Of a stretch of 64,000 nt of DNA, positions 1 to 14,280 are shown piece after piece. Source of the DNA: Mobula hypostoma (lineage: Eukaryota). Every line of letters begins with the position of its first letter. Position 1 is the first letter of the stretch. The DNA is taken from the NCBI RefSeq assembly GCF_963921235.1, contig NC_086101.1, positions 7,814,001 through 7,878,000 of the forward strand, written 5' to 3'. The position numbers and the translations under genes are program-made. The notes below the pieces were generated by a model that saw only the letters and a program-made list of their open reading frames with translations, was not told the origin of the DNA and did no database searches.

Positions 1-1
1 G

Positions 2-2760
2 TTGCTGTATAAAATCATGAAGAATAGAGACAGGGTGAATGAATACAGTTCTTTTCCCAAGATTAGGAAATGAAGAACTGGAGAGTACAGGTTTAAGGTG
101 AGAGGGAAATGATTTAATAGGAAAGCAGTGGAGAGGGCTGCGGAGTGGGTAGTCCGTATATAGAATGAGCCATTAGAGAAAATGTTTGAGGAGAACACAA
201 TATTAACAGTGGTGAGAGTACACGGAGGAGACAGAGAGCTGAGTGATATGGTGGAACGGATCTTTCCCCCAAAGTCAGCAAAATTTAAGAGCTAATCATT
301 GACTGTAGGAAGTGGGGAGGGGCGGTTGTGAGATGGTGCACGTCCTACTATTTGCAGCGTATTACAGAGGTCGAGTTCATAGGAGTGAATATCACCAGTA
401 GCCCGTCCTTTCTAACCACACACACCACAGGCAAGAACGCTCATCAGTGCTTCTACTTCCTCAGGCTGCTAGTGAAATTTGGCTAGTCCCATTTCACCCT
501 CACGCCATTTTTATAAAAGTTGACACACCAGAGAAAGCACATTATCCAATACAGTAGGGCTTGCTACAGAAACGACTCTGTCCAGGACGGCGAGAAACTG
601 GACAGGTTTGTGGACGCTGCTCAGCACATCACGGAAAATAGCCTCTCCTCAGAGGACTCTGTCTGCAGTGAACAGAATCAAAGACCCCAACCGCCCGAGA
701 CATCCGCTCTCCACCCTCTCCCATTGCTCTGAAGATACAAAATCCTGAAAGCACGTACTACCAGACCCAAAGACAGCTTCTATCCCTCTGTTATAACTGA
801 ACGGTCCCGGAGAACGATAACTAACTTACTGCCGGTTACGCTGCTGGAGTTTCAGGGCAGCAATGAAGGTCCTGCATCTCCGGCTGTGTCCAGGGCTTCC
901 TTCATCATGCCAGCAGCTTCCTCCTGGTTTTCACTACAGTCAGCCCTGCAATCCCGGGTGGAGACTCAGGAATACCGTCACACACAAAGTAGGATTCTTC
1001 ATTGCTGTTTTCATAACTTCTGTTTGACAGTCAGGGTTATTAGCCGAACACCACCCCCCCACTACCCCACAAACTTGGAAGGCCGGTGGATCCCTCTTAC
1101 TCTGGCCTCTACCCTTTGACTTGTTTGACATGGGTAACCCTTCCAAGAGCCAAAGCACAAAGCCCTGACTCCAGCCAACATAGCTCTCCGGGTCACTGAG
1201 GCACACCGGCCTCCAAACCACGACAAGGCTGTGGTCCTCTCGGAGGCTAGCATGATAAGATCTAGTCTTTAACCTCACGATCTATCTTGCTATGGCCTTC
1301 CACCTTATTGTCTGCCTGCACTACACTTTATTCTGCATTCTGTTAACTGCTTCTCCCTTGTAACAGCGACGCACCGATGTGATGACATTATCTATACAGA
1401 TGGTTTACAAAACAAAGGCTTTCACTTTGCCTCAGAGACAATAATAAACCATTTACAATGTTGGCCACCTAACCACTTGCCTTCTCAATGCTGAGAAGCT
1501 GGTGTACAGAGATCCCCTGGTCCTGCAGAACACCGATGTGGTTGTATCGCGGACTGGTCTGGAAACACCAATGCCTATGAACAGACAAGTCTACAGAAAG
1601 TGGAGGACACAGCCCAGACCATCAGAGGAACAGATCCCCCCACCACCACTGAGCACATCTACGAGGAGCACTGCCGCAAGAAAGCAGCATCAATGACACC
1701 CCCCTCCCTCCCACCATCCAGGCCATGCTCTCTTCTTGCTAGACGTATAAAATCCTTTGGCCCCACACCACCAGGTTCATCAACAATTATCACCCTACAC
1801 CCATCAAGCTCCTGAATGAGTGTTGATAACTTCACTCACCTCAACACTGAACTGACTCCACAACCTATGCACTCTACAACTCAGTGTTATTTATTTATTT
1901 TTAACCAGCATGATTTCTCTTCTCAATGTTGGTTGTTCATCAGTCTTTATTTATAGTTTTTCATAAATCTTACTGTACTTCTTCTTTCCTGTAACTGCCT
2001 GCAGGAAAATGAATCTTAAGGTAGTACATGGTCTCAGACTTTGAACTTTGACATCATTCACTCGCTCATCAGTTTAAAAATATCTCTCATTTCTATCACA
2101 TTCTGTCTGCCATATGGGAAGGATGGCAGAGTGGAGACAGGTCTCTACCAAAGGAGGTGTAAGGTGCTCCTTCCTTCCGCCAGCCTGCAGGTCACCCTCG
2201 GCCAAGGTGCAGCACCTGCTTAGCCCCCTGATCAGGGTCACGTGAAGCCATGAGAGCAGGTGGTGGATGGTCCAGACCCAGAAATTTACCATCCCTTCAC
2301 AGCCCAGGGCAGATTTTATCCAGGAAGGTAAAGCAATGAGGTCCTGAAGGTAGAATGCTGAGATGCAGGACCTCCAGGGCAGTACTCTTGCGATTGCTAC
2401 CTATGCCACGCACCAGTGATAGTAGAAACAGGTCGATTTAGCAGATAAATGCGTGGCTGGGAAGCTGGTGCAAGGGGCAGGGCATCATGTTCTTGGGTCA
2501 CTGGGATCTCTTCTGGGGGAGGTATGACCTGTTCGAAAGGGACGGGTTGCACCTGAACCCGAGGGGGACCAATATTCTCGCAGGCAAGTTTGTTAGAGCT
2601 GTTCGGGAGGGTTTAAACTAATTTGGTACCGGGGTGGGAACTGGACTGAAGGGACTCAAAATAGGACGGATGTTAAAAAAGCAAACTTAGCATGCAGTCA
2701 GACATGGAAATTTACAGCACATTACAGGCCCTTCGGCCCACAATGCTGTGCTGACTATGT
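2..2760 (+). repeat. Segmental duplication copy A (recurs at 60778-64000)
   Basis: Same mosaic of unrelated repeat fragments in the same order at offset 60776; ORF pairs 520/61296, 886/61662, 2041/62817. Confidence 0.97.
820..1245 (-). mobile_element. Non-autonomous RTE-derived element (duplicate at about 61597-62020)
   Basis: Reverse complement starts CCTTGTCGTGG (RTE/BovB-like 5' end) and ends with an RTE-like 3' segment; same family as 4410-4824. Confidence 0.6.
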
Positions 2761-4290
2761 AACCTACTTTGGAGACTGCCTGGAATTTCCCCAGTGCATA
2801 GCCCTAGGGTTGAGTGAAACAACTGCAAGGGCAAAAGGACCCTGATGGCAGTTACATACAGGCCTCCCAACAGTAGGTGGGATGTGAACCACAGATTACA
2901 ACAGCACATCGAAAAGACGTGTCAAAAGGGCAATGTTATGATAGTCATGGGAGATTTTAACATGCAGGTCCATTGGCAAAATCAGGTTGGAAATAGATCT
3001 CAAGAGAGTGAGTTAGTTGAATGCCTATGAGATGGCTTTTTAAGTGCAGTTTGTCGTTGAATTACTCGGGGATCAGATTTACTGGATTGGGTGTTATGTA
3101 ATAAACTGGAGGAGATTAGGGAGCTGAAGATGAAAGAGCCCTTAGGAGACAATGAAAACATGACTGGGTTCAAATTCAAATTTGATAGGGACAAAGTAAA
3201 GTCAGACATAGCAGTATTTCAGTGGTGTAAATAAAATTATAGTGGTATGAGAGAGGAGTTGGCCATAGTAAATTGGAAGGAGATGTTGGCAGGGATGACA
3301 GCAGAGCAGCAATGGTCTGAGTTTCTGTGAAAAATGAGGAAGGTGCAGGTTAGATGTATCCCAAAAACAAAGAAATACTCAAATGGCAAAATAGTACAAC
3401 CATGGATGATAAAGGAAGTCAAAGTGAATGTAAAAGCAAAAGAGAGGGCATACACCAAAGCAAAAATTAGCAGGAAGACACAGGATTGGGAAGCTTTTAA
3501 AAAACCTACAGAAAGCAACTAAAAGAATCAGAAGAGAAAAGAGGAAATGTGAAAGCCAGCTGGTAAAAAAAGATCAAAGTGGATGGAAAAACTTCAAGTA
3601 TGTAAAAAAATAAAACAGATGAGAATGGATATAGGTCCGCTAGAAAATTAGGCCAGAAAAATACTAGCAAAGAAGGTGCAGATAACATTGAAGAAGCAGG
3701 GAGTCTGGAGAAGGACAAAAGAAAGATCGGGAGAATAGGCAAAGAAGTGGTAGCTGGAATACAGATTGGAGAAGTGCATGGTTAAGCACTTTGCAAGAAG
3801 GAATAAAGCCACAGACTCTTTTCTAAATGGGGAGAAAATTCAAAATCAGGTGCAAAAGGACTTGGGAGTCCTTGTGCAGAATTCCCAAAAGGTTAACTTG
3901 TCGGTTGAGACGGTGGTAAAGAAGGAAAATGCAATGCTAGCATTCATTTTTAAAGCCCTAAAATATAAAAGCAAGGATGTAATGTTGATGCTTTATAAAA
4001 GGCACTGGTGAGGCCTCACTAGGAGTTTTGGGCCCCTTACATGATAAAAGATGAGCTGGCATTGGAAAGGCTCCAAATGAGGTCCGTGAGAAAAAATTCT
4101 GGGACTGAAAAGGTTACCATATGAGGTACATTTGACGGCCCTGCGCCTGTACTCACTGAAGTTTAGAAGAATGAAGGAGATCTCATTGAAACCTATTGAA
4201 TATGGAAAGGCCTCGATAGAGTGGATGTACAGAGTATGTTTCCTGTAGTGGAGGAGTCCAGGACCAGAGGGCACTGCTTCAGAATATAGG
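2330..4290 (+). mobile_element. Degenerate CR1 LINE (end of ORF1 esterase, endonuclease and RT remnants)
   Basis: DGLHLNPRG, YRPPNS, MGDFN and C-terminal RT remnants with many stops and deletions. Confidence 0.85.
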
Positions 4291-4409
4291 AACTTTTATG
4301 TTCCAAGGGATTAAGTCCTAACCTATTCAATCTTTCCTTGTAACTCAAGTCCTCCAGCACTGGCAACATCCTTGAAAAAAAGCATCTTTCCCTTTACTCT
4401 TTCAACCTT

Positions 4410-4824
4410 CCTCCAAGGGGACGACAACCTTGTCACGGTTTGGAAGCTGGCGTGCCTCAATGACCTGGAGAGCTATGCAGGCCAGAGTCAGGGCAGTAAA
4501 CTTTGGCTCTTGGTTAGGGTCACACATGCCACACAGGTCAAAGGGTAGAGGTCAGGCTAAAACTGGTCCGTGGTCCACCAGGTTCAGGGGTTCAGCTCAG
4601 GGCTAACTGGAAAACCAAAATTGTTACGGAAATGGCAATGAAAAGCTCTTCTACATCAGAGTGTGACGGTATTCCCGAGTCTCCAACCAGGACTTGTATG
4701 ATTGACAGTAGTGAAAACAGAGAAGAAACTACTGATACAATGAAGGAAGTTCTGAACACCGCCAGAGATGGAGGACCTTCATTGCTGCCCTGAAAGCCAG
4801 CGGCTGTAACGGGCAGCAAGTACA
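4410..4824 (+). mobile_element. Non-autonomous RTE-derived element inserted in a CR1 fragment
   Basis: 12-bp TSD TCTTTCAACCTT at 4398-4409 and 4825-4836; 3' end encodes RWRTFIAAL. Confidence 0.7.
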
Positions 4825-6589
4825 TCTTTCAACCTTATTTACATCTTTCCTGTAGGTAGGTGACCAAAGTTTCACACAATACTCTAAATTAGGCCTTACC
4901 AGTGTCTCAGACAACTTCAACATAACATCCCATCTCCTGCGCTCAAAAACTTCGATTTCTGGCACATAGGCCTTCATAAACTTTGTTTACGACTCTATCT
5001 ACCTGTGACACCACCTTCAATGAATTATGGACCTGCATTCTGAGATCGCTTTGTACTCCCACACATCTCACGGCCCTACAGTTAATTGTGTTTGTCTACC
5101 AAAGTGAAATACCTCGCACTTCACCTTAAAATTCCATCTGTCATTTTTCAGCTGATGGAGATCCTGCTCCAAGCCATGATAGCCTTCTTCACTATGCACT
5201 AAACCCTCAATCTTTGTGTTATTGACAGCTTTGCTGATCCAGTTAACATCATCAGCCAGCTCATGGATAGAGATGGCAAACACCAACATACCCAGCACTG
5301 ATCCCCACGGCACACCACTAGTCACAGGCCTCTAGTCAGTTGTAACTGTGACATTATGATCACTAGTTGCGAAGTATTCCCCTACACAAACTTCTGCCAT
5401 CTGTCCAATCTGGATATCCCTTTATTGTGAGGCTGTGCCCTCTGGTCCTAGATCCTCACGTTATTGGAAACACCCTCTGCAGGTTTAACTGTACAGCCTT
5501 GCAATTCCTCTGTAACTTCAGGACTGTCCTGATGCAACTTTCAACCCAAAAGGTGAACAGTTCCTTCCGACCCACTGAGTTCCACTGAACTGTGGGGTGG
5601 CTAAGCTGTGTTGAGTATGTCTGTTGCTTCAGATTCCAGCATCTCCAGTCTCCCACGCTCCAGGGAATAACTTATTCAATAACCTATTCCTATCCTATTC
5701 AATCTTTCCCTGTAACTCACGTCTTCAATTCCCTGCAAGTTCTCTGTACACCTTTAATCTTACTGACATTTCCTGTAAAAACATCCTCAAAATTCCCGAG
5801 TTAAATTAGGCCAGGCCTCGATGATAACCAGCTGACAGTTGTAGTGTGGCTGAACTGTGAGAGTGTGTCTGTCTATCACCAGGGCCAAATGTCACCTGCT
5901 GTATCACAACCACTCCTCCAGTTCTCGTCTCACCTCACGGGGCAAAACCTGCTTGCATTTACCCTATTGATAGCCCTCATCATTTTGTACACCTCTATCA
6001 AAACTCTATCCAAACTCCTCTTAAACATTGACATCAAGCTGGCATCCATCACTTGTGTCGCCCACCACAAAGCTGACGGTATCAGAACCACGCCACTTTC
6101 CTGAACCCTTCTGCAAATTACTCACAATTCATATTCATTTCGCTCTCCAAGCAGATCATTTCTTTTACTCCCAATCACCTCTTAACTTGAATTCTTGCTG
6201 AAACATATTTAAAACTCCCTTTATTTGCCATCAGCGTTTTGACCCTTTCTTTTCCTTCTAATTTTTTGTTCCCCCACCCCACACTGCCCTCCGTACTCTC
6301 CACCCCTCCGTACTCCCCGTACCGGAACTAACCCACCTCACACTTATCTCCCACCCTCCTACCTTTTGGTACCCAGCACTCCCATCATCTGCACCTCTAC
6401 CCCTCCCATTCTCAGTATCCCTCACCCCTCCCACCCTCTGTACTCCTTTGGATCTTCTGTAACCTTTTGGCGGTCACCGTTTGAAGCGAGTTTAACCGTT
6501 TGACACTTTCCCTTACGTGTCCAATTCGGGGAACACATGCTCCCTCCCTGCGGTTTGTCCCAGCCCCTCAACTCGACCCCAGAACCCAC

Positions 6590-7110
6590 CCTTATATTCC
6601 TCCAGCCCACCGCCACCTCTCGCCCTCCCACAGCCAGTCCCTGTCACCCACCCAGGCCCTCACCTCAACCTGCAGCACCGCGCCGGGTAAGTCAGCAAGC
6701 AGGCGGCGGCCAACAGCTGCAGCCCCCGGCCGGCTCCCGATGCGCTGTGACTGCCCGGCCGCCCCTGGGCCATACTCCACGGCGGTCAGAGACCGGTCGA
6801 CGGGCAGCCGGGTTCTACCAGCCCGATTCTATCAGCCGTTCTGCGGCACCGCGGCGCCGCTGTCTTAACTCATTATTACGTGCGGTGACCGCCCCTCGTG
6901 GGCGGGACGTGACGAGACGGGACGGCAGCGGAGGGAACCTCTCACAACCCCTCCCCGCAGGAAGGGCACTCAGCCACCGACACGCTCGCACCCGAAGCCC
7001 AAGCTCGTCCACGCAGTCTGTATATTTTTTTTAAAGATTCAACTACAGCGTCTCCAAAGCAAAAAGAGGCACAAGAGACCGCAGCCGCTGGAATCCGGAG
7101 CCACACACAC
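6590..7110. promoter_or_regulatory. CpG island / promoter
   Basis: Dense CpG against a CpG-poor background; GC box GGGCGGG at 6900-6906; CLEAR/CRE-like GGGACGTGAC at 6904-6913. Confidence 0.7.
6664..6773 (-). pseudogene. NEU1: Probable NEU1 exon 1 (signal peptide) of the neighbouring duplicate, with a 1-nt frameshift
   Basis: Strong Kozak AGTATGG in a CpG island; MAQGRPGSHSASGAGRGLQLLAAACLLT...; donor GAG|gtgagg. The exon is 110 nt; adding one T at ACTTA gives LLTLPGAVLQVE, ending in phase 0 as exon 2 requires. Assignment to NEU1 is inferred from strand, phase and duplication geometry. Confidence 0.55.
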
Positions 7111-7448
7111 ACGAAAAGCTGGAGTCTGAGTATGCGATGGGAAGACTCAAAAAGTTACCTTCCCCAAGCAGTCAAGATGGAGGGTTTCGGCCCGAAACGT
7201 CGGCTGTTGACTCCTTTCCTCAGAAGCTGCCTGGCCTGCTGAGTTCCTCCAGCATTTTGTGAGTGTTTCTTTACCCCAACCACTAAGGCCGATCAACAAC
7301 TCCCTCCACTGACCCACATTTCCTGTCACTCACCTCATGTGCAAACGGTCCTGTGCCTGGTGTCACTTTATGGACATACAAGCAATGTATATAAACTAGC
7401 TTATGTATTCACATTTGTGTTTTTATTACCGTGTTCTTTATTTTGTAG

Positions 7449-10400
7449 TAGAACATAGAATAATACAGCACAGTACAGGCCCTTCGGCCCACAATGTTGT
7501 GCCGACCCTCAAACCCTGCCTCCCATATAAGCCCCCACCTTAAATTCCTCCATATACCTGTCTAGTAGTCTCTTAAACTTCACTAGTGTATCTGCCTCCA
7601 CCACTGACTCAGGCAGTTCATTCCACACACCAACCACTCTCTGAGTAAAAAACCTTCCTCTAATATTCCCCTTGAACTTCCCACCCTTTACCTTAAAGCC
7701 ATGTCCTCTTGTATTGAGCAGTGGTGCCCTGGGGAAGAGGCACTGGCTATCCACTCTATCTATTCCTCTTATTTATCTTGTGCGCCTCTATCATGTCTCC
7801 TCTCATCCTCCTTCTCTCCAAAGAGTAAAGCCCTAGCTCCCTTAATCTCTGATCATAATGCATACTCTCTAAACCAGGCAGGATCCTGGTAAATCTCCTC
7901 TGTACCCTTTCCAATGCTTCCACATCCTTCCTATAGTGAGGCGACCAGAACTGGACTCCGTACTCCAAATGTGGCCTAACTAGAGTTTTATAGAGCTGCA
8001 TCATTACATCGCGACTCTTAAACTCTATCCCTCGACTTATGAAGCTAACACCCCATAAGCTTTCTTAACTACCCCATCCACCTGTGAGGCAACTTTCAGG
8101 GATCTGTGGACATGTACCCCGAGATCCCTCTGCTCCTCCACACTACCAAGTAACCTGCCATTTACTTTGTACTCTGCCTTGGAGTTTGTCCTTCCAAAGT
8201 GTACCACCTCACACTTCTCTGGGTTGAACTCCATCTGCCACTTCTCAGCCCACTTCTGCATCCTATCAATGTCTCTCTACAATCTTTGACAATCCTCTAC
8301 ACTATCTACAACACCACCAACCTTTGTGTCATCTGCAAACTTGCCAACCCACCCTTCTACCCCCACATCCAGGTCGTTAATAAAAATCACGAAAAGTAGA
8401 GGTCCCAGAACAGATCCTTGTGGGACACCACTAGTCACAATCCTCCAATCTGAATGTACTCCCTCCACCACCACCCTCTGCCTTCTGCAGGCAAGCCAAT
8501 TCTGAAACCACCTGGCCAAACTTCCCTGGATCCCATGCCTTCTAACTTTCTGAATAAGCCTACCATTTGGAACCCTGTAAAATGCCTTACTAAAATCCAT
8601 ATAGATCACATCCACTGCACTACCCTCATCTATATGCCTGGTCACCTCCTCAAAGAACTCTATCAGGCTTGTTAGACATGATCTGCCCTTCACAAAGTCA
8701 TGCTGACTGTCCCTGATCAGACCATGATTCTCTAAATACCTATAGATCCTATCTCTAAGAATCTTTTACAACAGCTTTCCCACCACAGACATAAGACTCA
8801 GTGGTCTATAATTACCTGGACTATCCCTACTACCTTTTTTGAACAAGGGGACAACATTCGCCTCCCTCCAATCCTTCGGTACCATTCCTGTGGACAACGA
8901 GGACATAAAGATCCTAGCCAGAGGCTCAGCAATCTCTTCTCTCGCCTCATGGAGCAGCCTGGGGAATATTCCGTCAGGCCCAGGGGACTTATCTGTCCTA
9001 ATGTAATTTAACAACTCCAACACCTCCTCTCCCTTAATATCAGCATGCTCCAGAACATCAACCTCACTCATATTGTCCTCACCATCATCAAGTTCCCTCT
9101 CATTGGTGAATACCGAAGAGAAGTATTCATTGAGGACCTCGCTCAGTTCCACAGCCTCCAGGCACATCTTCCCACCTTTATCTCTAATCGGTCCTACCTT
9201 CACTCCTGTCATCCTTTTTTCCTTCACATAATTGAAGAATGCCTTGGGGTTTTCCTTTACCCTACTCACCAAGGCCTTCTCATGCCCCCTTCTTGCTCTT
9301 CTCAGCCCCTTCTTAAGCTCCTTTCTTGCTTCCCTATATTCCTCAATAGACCCATCTGATCCTTGCTTCCAAAACCTCATGTATGCTGCCTTCTTCCACC
9401 TGACTAGATTTTCCACCTCACTTGTCACCCATGGTTCCTTCACTCTACCATTTTTTATCTTCCTCATTGGGACAAATTTATCCCTAACATCCCGCAAGAG
9501 ATCTCTAAACATCGACCACATGTCCATAGTACATTTCCCTACAAAAACATCATCCCAATTCACACCCGCAAGTTCTAGCCTGGTAGCCTCAGAATTTGCC
9601 CTTCCCCAATTAAAAATGTTCCTGTCCCCTCTGATTCTATCCTTTTCCATGATAATGCTGAAGGCCAGGGAGCGGTGGTCACTGTCCCCCAGATGCTCAC
9701 CCACTGAGAGATCTGTGAGCTGACCTGCTTCGTTACCTAATACTAGATCTAGTATGGCATTCCCCCAGTCGGCCTGGCAACATACCGTGACAGGAATCCG
9801 TCTTGGACACACTTCAACTCTGCCCCGTCCAAACGCTTGGAACTAATCAAGTGCCAATCAATATTAGGGAAGTTAAAGTCACCCATGATAACAACCCTGT
9901 TATTTTTGCACCTTTCCAAAATCTGCCTCCCAATCTGCTCCTCTGTATCTATGCTGCTACCAGGGGGCCTATAGAATACCCCCAGTAGAGTAACTGCTCC
10001 CTTCCTGTTCCTGACTTCCACCCATATTGACTCAAAACAGGATCCTGCTACATTACCCACCCTTTCTGTAGCTGTAATAGTATCCCTGACCAGTAATGCC
10101 ACCCCTACTCCCCTTTTCTGCCCTCTCTATCCCTTTTAAAGCACTGAAATCCAGGAATATTGAGAATCCATTCCTGCCCTGGTGTCAGCCAAGTCTCTGT
10201 AATGGCCACTACATCATAATTCCATGTATATATCCAAGCTCTCAGTTCATCACCTTTGTTCCTGATGCTTCTTGCATTGAGGTACACACATTTCAGCCCT
10301 TGTATCTTACTGTCTTTACAATGTTTATTCTGCTTCTCTTTCCTCAAAGCCTCTCTATATGTTAGATCTGGCTTTACTCCATGCACTTCTTTCACTGCTC

Positions 10401-11472
10401 TATCGCTCCGGGTCCCATCCCCCTTGCAAATTAGTTTAAACCCTTCCGAACCACGCTAGCAAACCTACCTGCAAGGATATTGCTCCCCCTTGAGTTCAGG
10501 TGTAACCCATCCAATCTGTACAGGTCCCACCTTCCCCAGAAGAGATCCCAATGATCTAATAATCTAAAACCCTGCTCCCTGCACCAACTCCTCAGCCACG
10601 CATTCAACTGCCATCTCCTCCAATTCTTACCATCAGTGTCACGTAGCACTGTTAGCAATCCTGAGAACGCCACCCTTGAGGTCCTGTTCTTCAGCCTTCT
10701 GCCTAGTTCCCGAAACTCACACTTCAGGACCTCATCCTTCTTCCCGCCTATGTTGTTGGTCCCAACATGTATCACGACTTCTGGTTGCTTTCCCTCTCGT
10801 ACCAGGATGTCGTGCACCCGGTCAGAGACATCCCGGACCCTGGCACCCGGGAGGCAACAAACCATGCGGGTGTCCTTCTCATGTCCACAAAATCTCCTGT
10901 CTGCTCCCCTGACTATGGAGTCTCCAATGACGACAGCTCTCCTCTTCTCCGTCCCACCCTTCGAACAACGGGTCAGACTCAGTGCCGGAGGCCCTGCCAC
11001 CGTGGCTCACACCTGGTCGGTCGTCCCCACCAACAGTATCCAGGACGGTAAACTTATTATTCAGGGGAATGGCTACAGGGGTGCTCTGCACTACCTGTCT
11101 GCTCACCTTCGCTTTCCCCCCTCTGACTGTCACCCAATGACCTGCTTCCGACAACCTAGGTATGACTACCTCCCTATAGGTCTCATCTATGACTGCCTCA
11201 TTCTCCCTCATGAGTCGAAGGTCATCCAGCTGCTGCTCCAGATTCCTTACACGGTCTTCCAGATCGCCCAGCCGTGTGCACTTCTGGCAGATGTGACTCT
11301 GCGGGAGAGGGGAGTTCCCCCAAGACTGCCACATCTCACATGAGAGGCACATCACCGTCTCAGGAGATGTTGTAAAAACTAACTGGGAACAAGCTCGTCC
11401 TCCGCCTCTTCTCGTCGAAGCCTCTCGAGTCAAAGCCTCAAAGCTCCACTCCTTCACTGGCCCACTCACTCA
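7449..11472 (-). mobile_element. Near full-length CR1 LINE, frameshifted (ORF1 zinc finger + SGNH esterase; ORF2 AP endonuclease + RT)
   Basis: ORF1 CxxC..HxCxxC, GDSIV, HVGTN, DGLH; ORF2 [46 protein letters not shown]-type 3' tail. Confidence 0.95.
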
Positions 11473-13924
11473 CTTGTGTTTTTTGTGTGTATGTGCTGCA
11501 TTGGATGCAGAGTGAAAATTATGTTCTCCTTTACACTTGTGTGCTGGAAATGACGAACTTGGAGGCCCCACACAGTGCCCTTTATCCTCAGTGTTTGCAG
11601 CCGCTGCACCAAGTGTCACAGCAGCCTGGTGTGCTGAGATAAAGAGGCGGTGTGGTCACTGATGGGCTCAGGAAATCTGAAAGCTCGTTTGCACAGAGCA
11701 CCTATTACCAGCAGTCCATTGACAGGGTATTGTTTCAGGGTCAGCTCAGTATAGCGTTTAATACTGGTATAGATCATGAAATTTGTTGTTCTGAGGCAGC
11801 AGTACATTCCAATACATAATAAAATCTATAAATTATAATAAGAAATATATTAAATTGTCCAGGGTAAATATTATTTGCGTACCACAACACAAAAGTTTGA
11901 GTGCCCCTTTAAGGGAAAGTGAGGCCATCACTTGCACGAACACCGACACACCTGTGCAAATTTACTGATCACTAGGAAGCAATAATGTAACTCACACCAG
12001 TGTAAATTTATTGACGAAATACTGAAAACGCACTCCAAGTGAAACACAAATAAATAGACGTGCAACATCCAAGGACAAGGTATTGAACACTCTCCAAGGT
12101 TGTGTGATAAGCAGCTAATTAGAAGTTATCTGTATATTCTCTGTGAGACCATTGTCTGCATGAGGATTTTCTGACAGCGGTATCTGACCTTCCAAATGGG
12201 TTCTGTGAGCGTGTCACCGTCTTCTTCACTCATGTTTGTCGTCTCACTCCTTCTTCCTCCAGAAAATGGCTACCCTGATCCTGCCAGAATGTTCCATGGT
12301 ATCTTATTGGCCAAGTGTTAACAAGACAAATCCAGCCAGCTAATTCAACAAGCCTAACTTATCAATCAACTGAATTACTCGATTGTGTAATGTAATTAAA
12401 GGAACGCGTTGCATTTTCAGAAAATCTGCAGGAAATAAAATACCCAACAGCATAACTATTAATAAAACAAAGCATGATATTAAGGCAACGATATTACATA
12501 TACAATTAAATAACCCACCTCTCCACACCCTTAATGCAACTTCATTGTGTTCTTTGTCTTACTGTGTTCTTTTCAGTGCTGCGTCATATCCGAAGATTAT
12601 TCTGTTCTTCTTTACACTTGTGCACTGGACATGACATGAAACAGTCTGGAATCTTTGATTCTAGTGCAAAAAAGAGAAAAGAGTGAGAGTGTTCATGGGT
12701 TCATTGCCTATTCAGAAATCTGATGGTAGAGGGGAGGAAGATGTTCTTGAAACATTTAATGTGAGTCTTCCGGCTCCAGTGCTGCCTCGTTGATGGTTGT
12801 AATGTGAAAAGGAAATGTCCCGGGTGATGGGATCTTTAATGATGGAGCCCCTTTTGAAGGCATCCGCGATGCTGGGGAGGCAGGTGCCCACGATGGAGCT
12901 GCATGGGGCAATTTTCAAACTAATGCTGGCATATATTGTTTACCAGAGAGAGCAGATGACCAGCCGACTGAGACATAATGCGCAGAAAGAGGCTCTACTG
13001 GGCCTACGCCATCCACACCCTTTTACATTGACTCGTTGTTAAACGTTCCACCTTCCCAGCAATGCCCCCGACCCTACCACGCAACCTGCACACTACTGCA
13101 GAGGCAGTACTGTCAAGTACAGGAGGAAGAACCCGGAGGTCCATGAGCCAGTCCTCATTAAGGGATCAGTGGTGGTGAGGTCTATGTCGGAGGGAAGGAT
13201 TAAATTGATCTTAGAGTAGGTGAGAAGGTCTGCACAATCTGGTTGGCCCAAGGGCCTGTACTAATAACCCAGCTATAATCATCTGTTGCTATAAATTTCT
13301 TCATGAAAATGCATTTTCTAATCCACGTGAACTGGAAGCCAAACCTTCTCTGCCGAGAATTGCTCAATACTGACATCAGCGTCCTCTCCTGTTCACTCTG
13401 CTACATGACTCTTTTCCTGTCAGCACAGTAGCGACCTGAGTTCAATTCCCACTGCAGCCTGTAATGTGTTTGTACATTCTCCCCGTGACCACGTGGGTTT
13501 CCTCCGGGTGCTAAAAGTCATTTCTGCGCTGGGGAAAAGTCTCTGGCCATCCACTCGATTTACGTCTCTCATCTATCGCCATCTCTCATCCTCCATTCCA
13601 AAGACGAAAGCCCGAGTTCACTGAACCTGAAAGACATTCTCTCTAATCCAGGCAGCATCCTGCTAAATATCTTCTGCACCCTCACTAAAGCTTCCCCATC
13701 AGGTTCAAGTTCAATTGTCATTCAATACTCATGAATACAACCAAAGGAGACAACGTTACCCCAGGGCCAAGGTGCTAATACAGTCCAAACAGTCACACCC
13801 AGCACAAGGCACATACACGAGATCAATAAAATACAGTCACACAAAAAGCACATCGTCCCTGACCCTGAGTCCATCATGCTGCAGAAATCTGCAGTCGATC
13901 AGAATACAGCTTGTCTTCTAAACT

Positions 13925-14280
13925 CGACGAATTCTGGTAATGTCTCCCTCCTCCATCCTCCCTCTTTCTAACCATTCTGATGACCGTCCCACTACTTCAC
14001 CTCCCCACCTGCCCATCACCTCCTTGTGCTGCCCCTCCTCCTTCCCTCTACTCCAGGGTCCACTGTCCTCATCTTTTAGATTCCTCCTCCTTCAGCCCTT
14101 TACCTTGTCCACCTATTGCCTCCCACCCTCCCCCATCCACCCACCTTTCTCCTCACCTGATCTCTCCTGTCACCTGTCAGCTTGTACTCCTTCCCCTCCC
14201 ATCACCTTCTTATTCTGGCCTCATCTCCTTCCCTTTCCAGCCCGAATGAATGGTCTCAGCCTGAGACGTCGAGTTTCTGT
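13925..14280 (+). mobile_element. Penelope-like 3' UTR fragment
   Basis: Polypyrimidine tract followed by a decayed hammerhead-like motif; homologous to the reverse complement of 19245-19590. Confidence 0.55.

Noticed and set aside
2110..2275. Structured element that might be an HDV-like ribozyme at a retroelement 5' end
   Set aside because: I could not fit the nested double pseudoknot by eye; it needs a motif search.
6126..6197. 72-nt - strand exon with good splice sites
   Set aside because: Stops in all three frames and no NEU1 similarity; at most a cryptic or non-coding exon.
10431..11000. GDSL/SGNH lipase gene (also 25945-26330 and 46736-47194)
   Set aside because: It is the esterase domain of CR1 ORF1, contiguous with endonuclease and RT.
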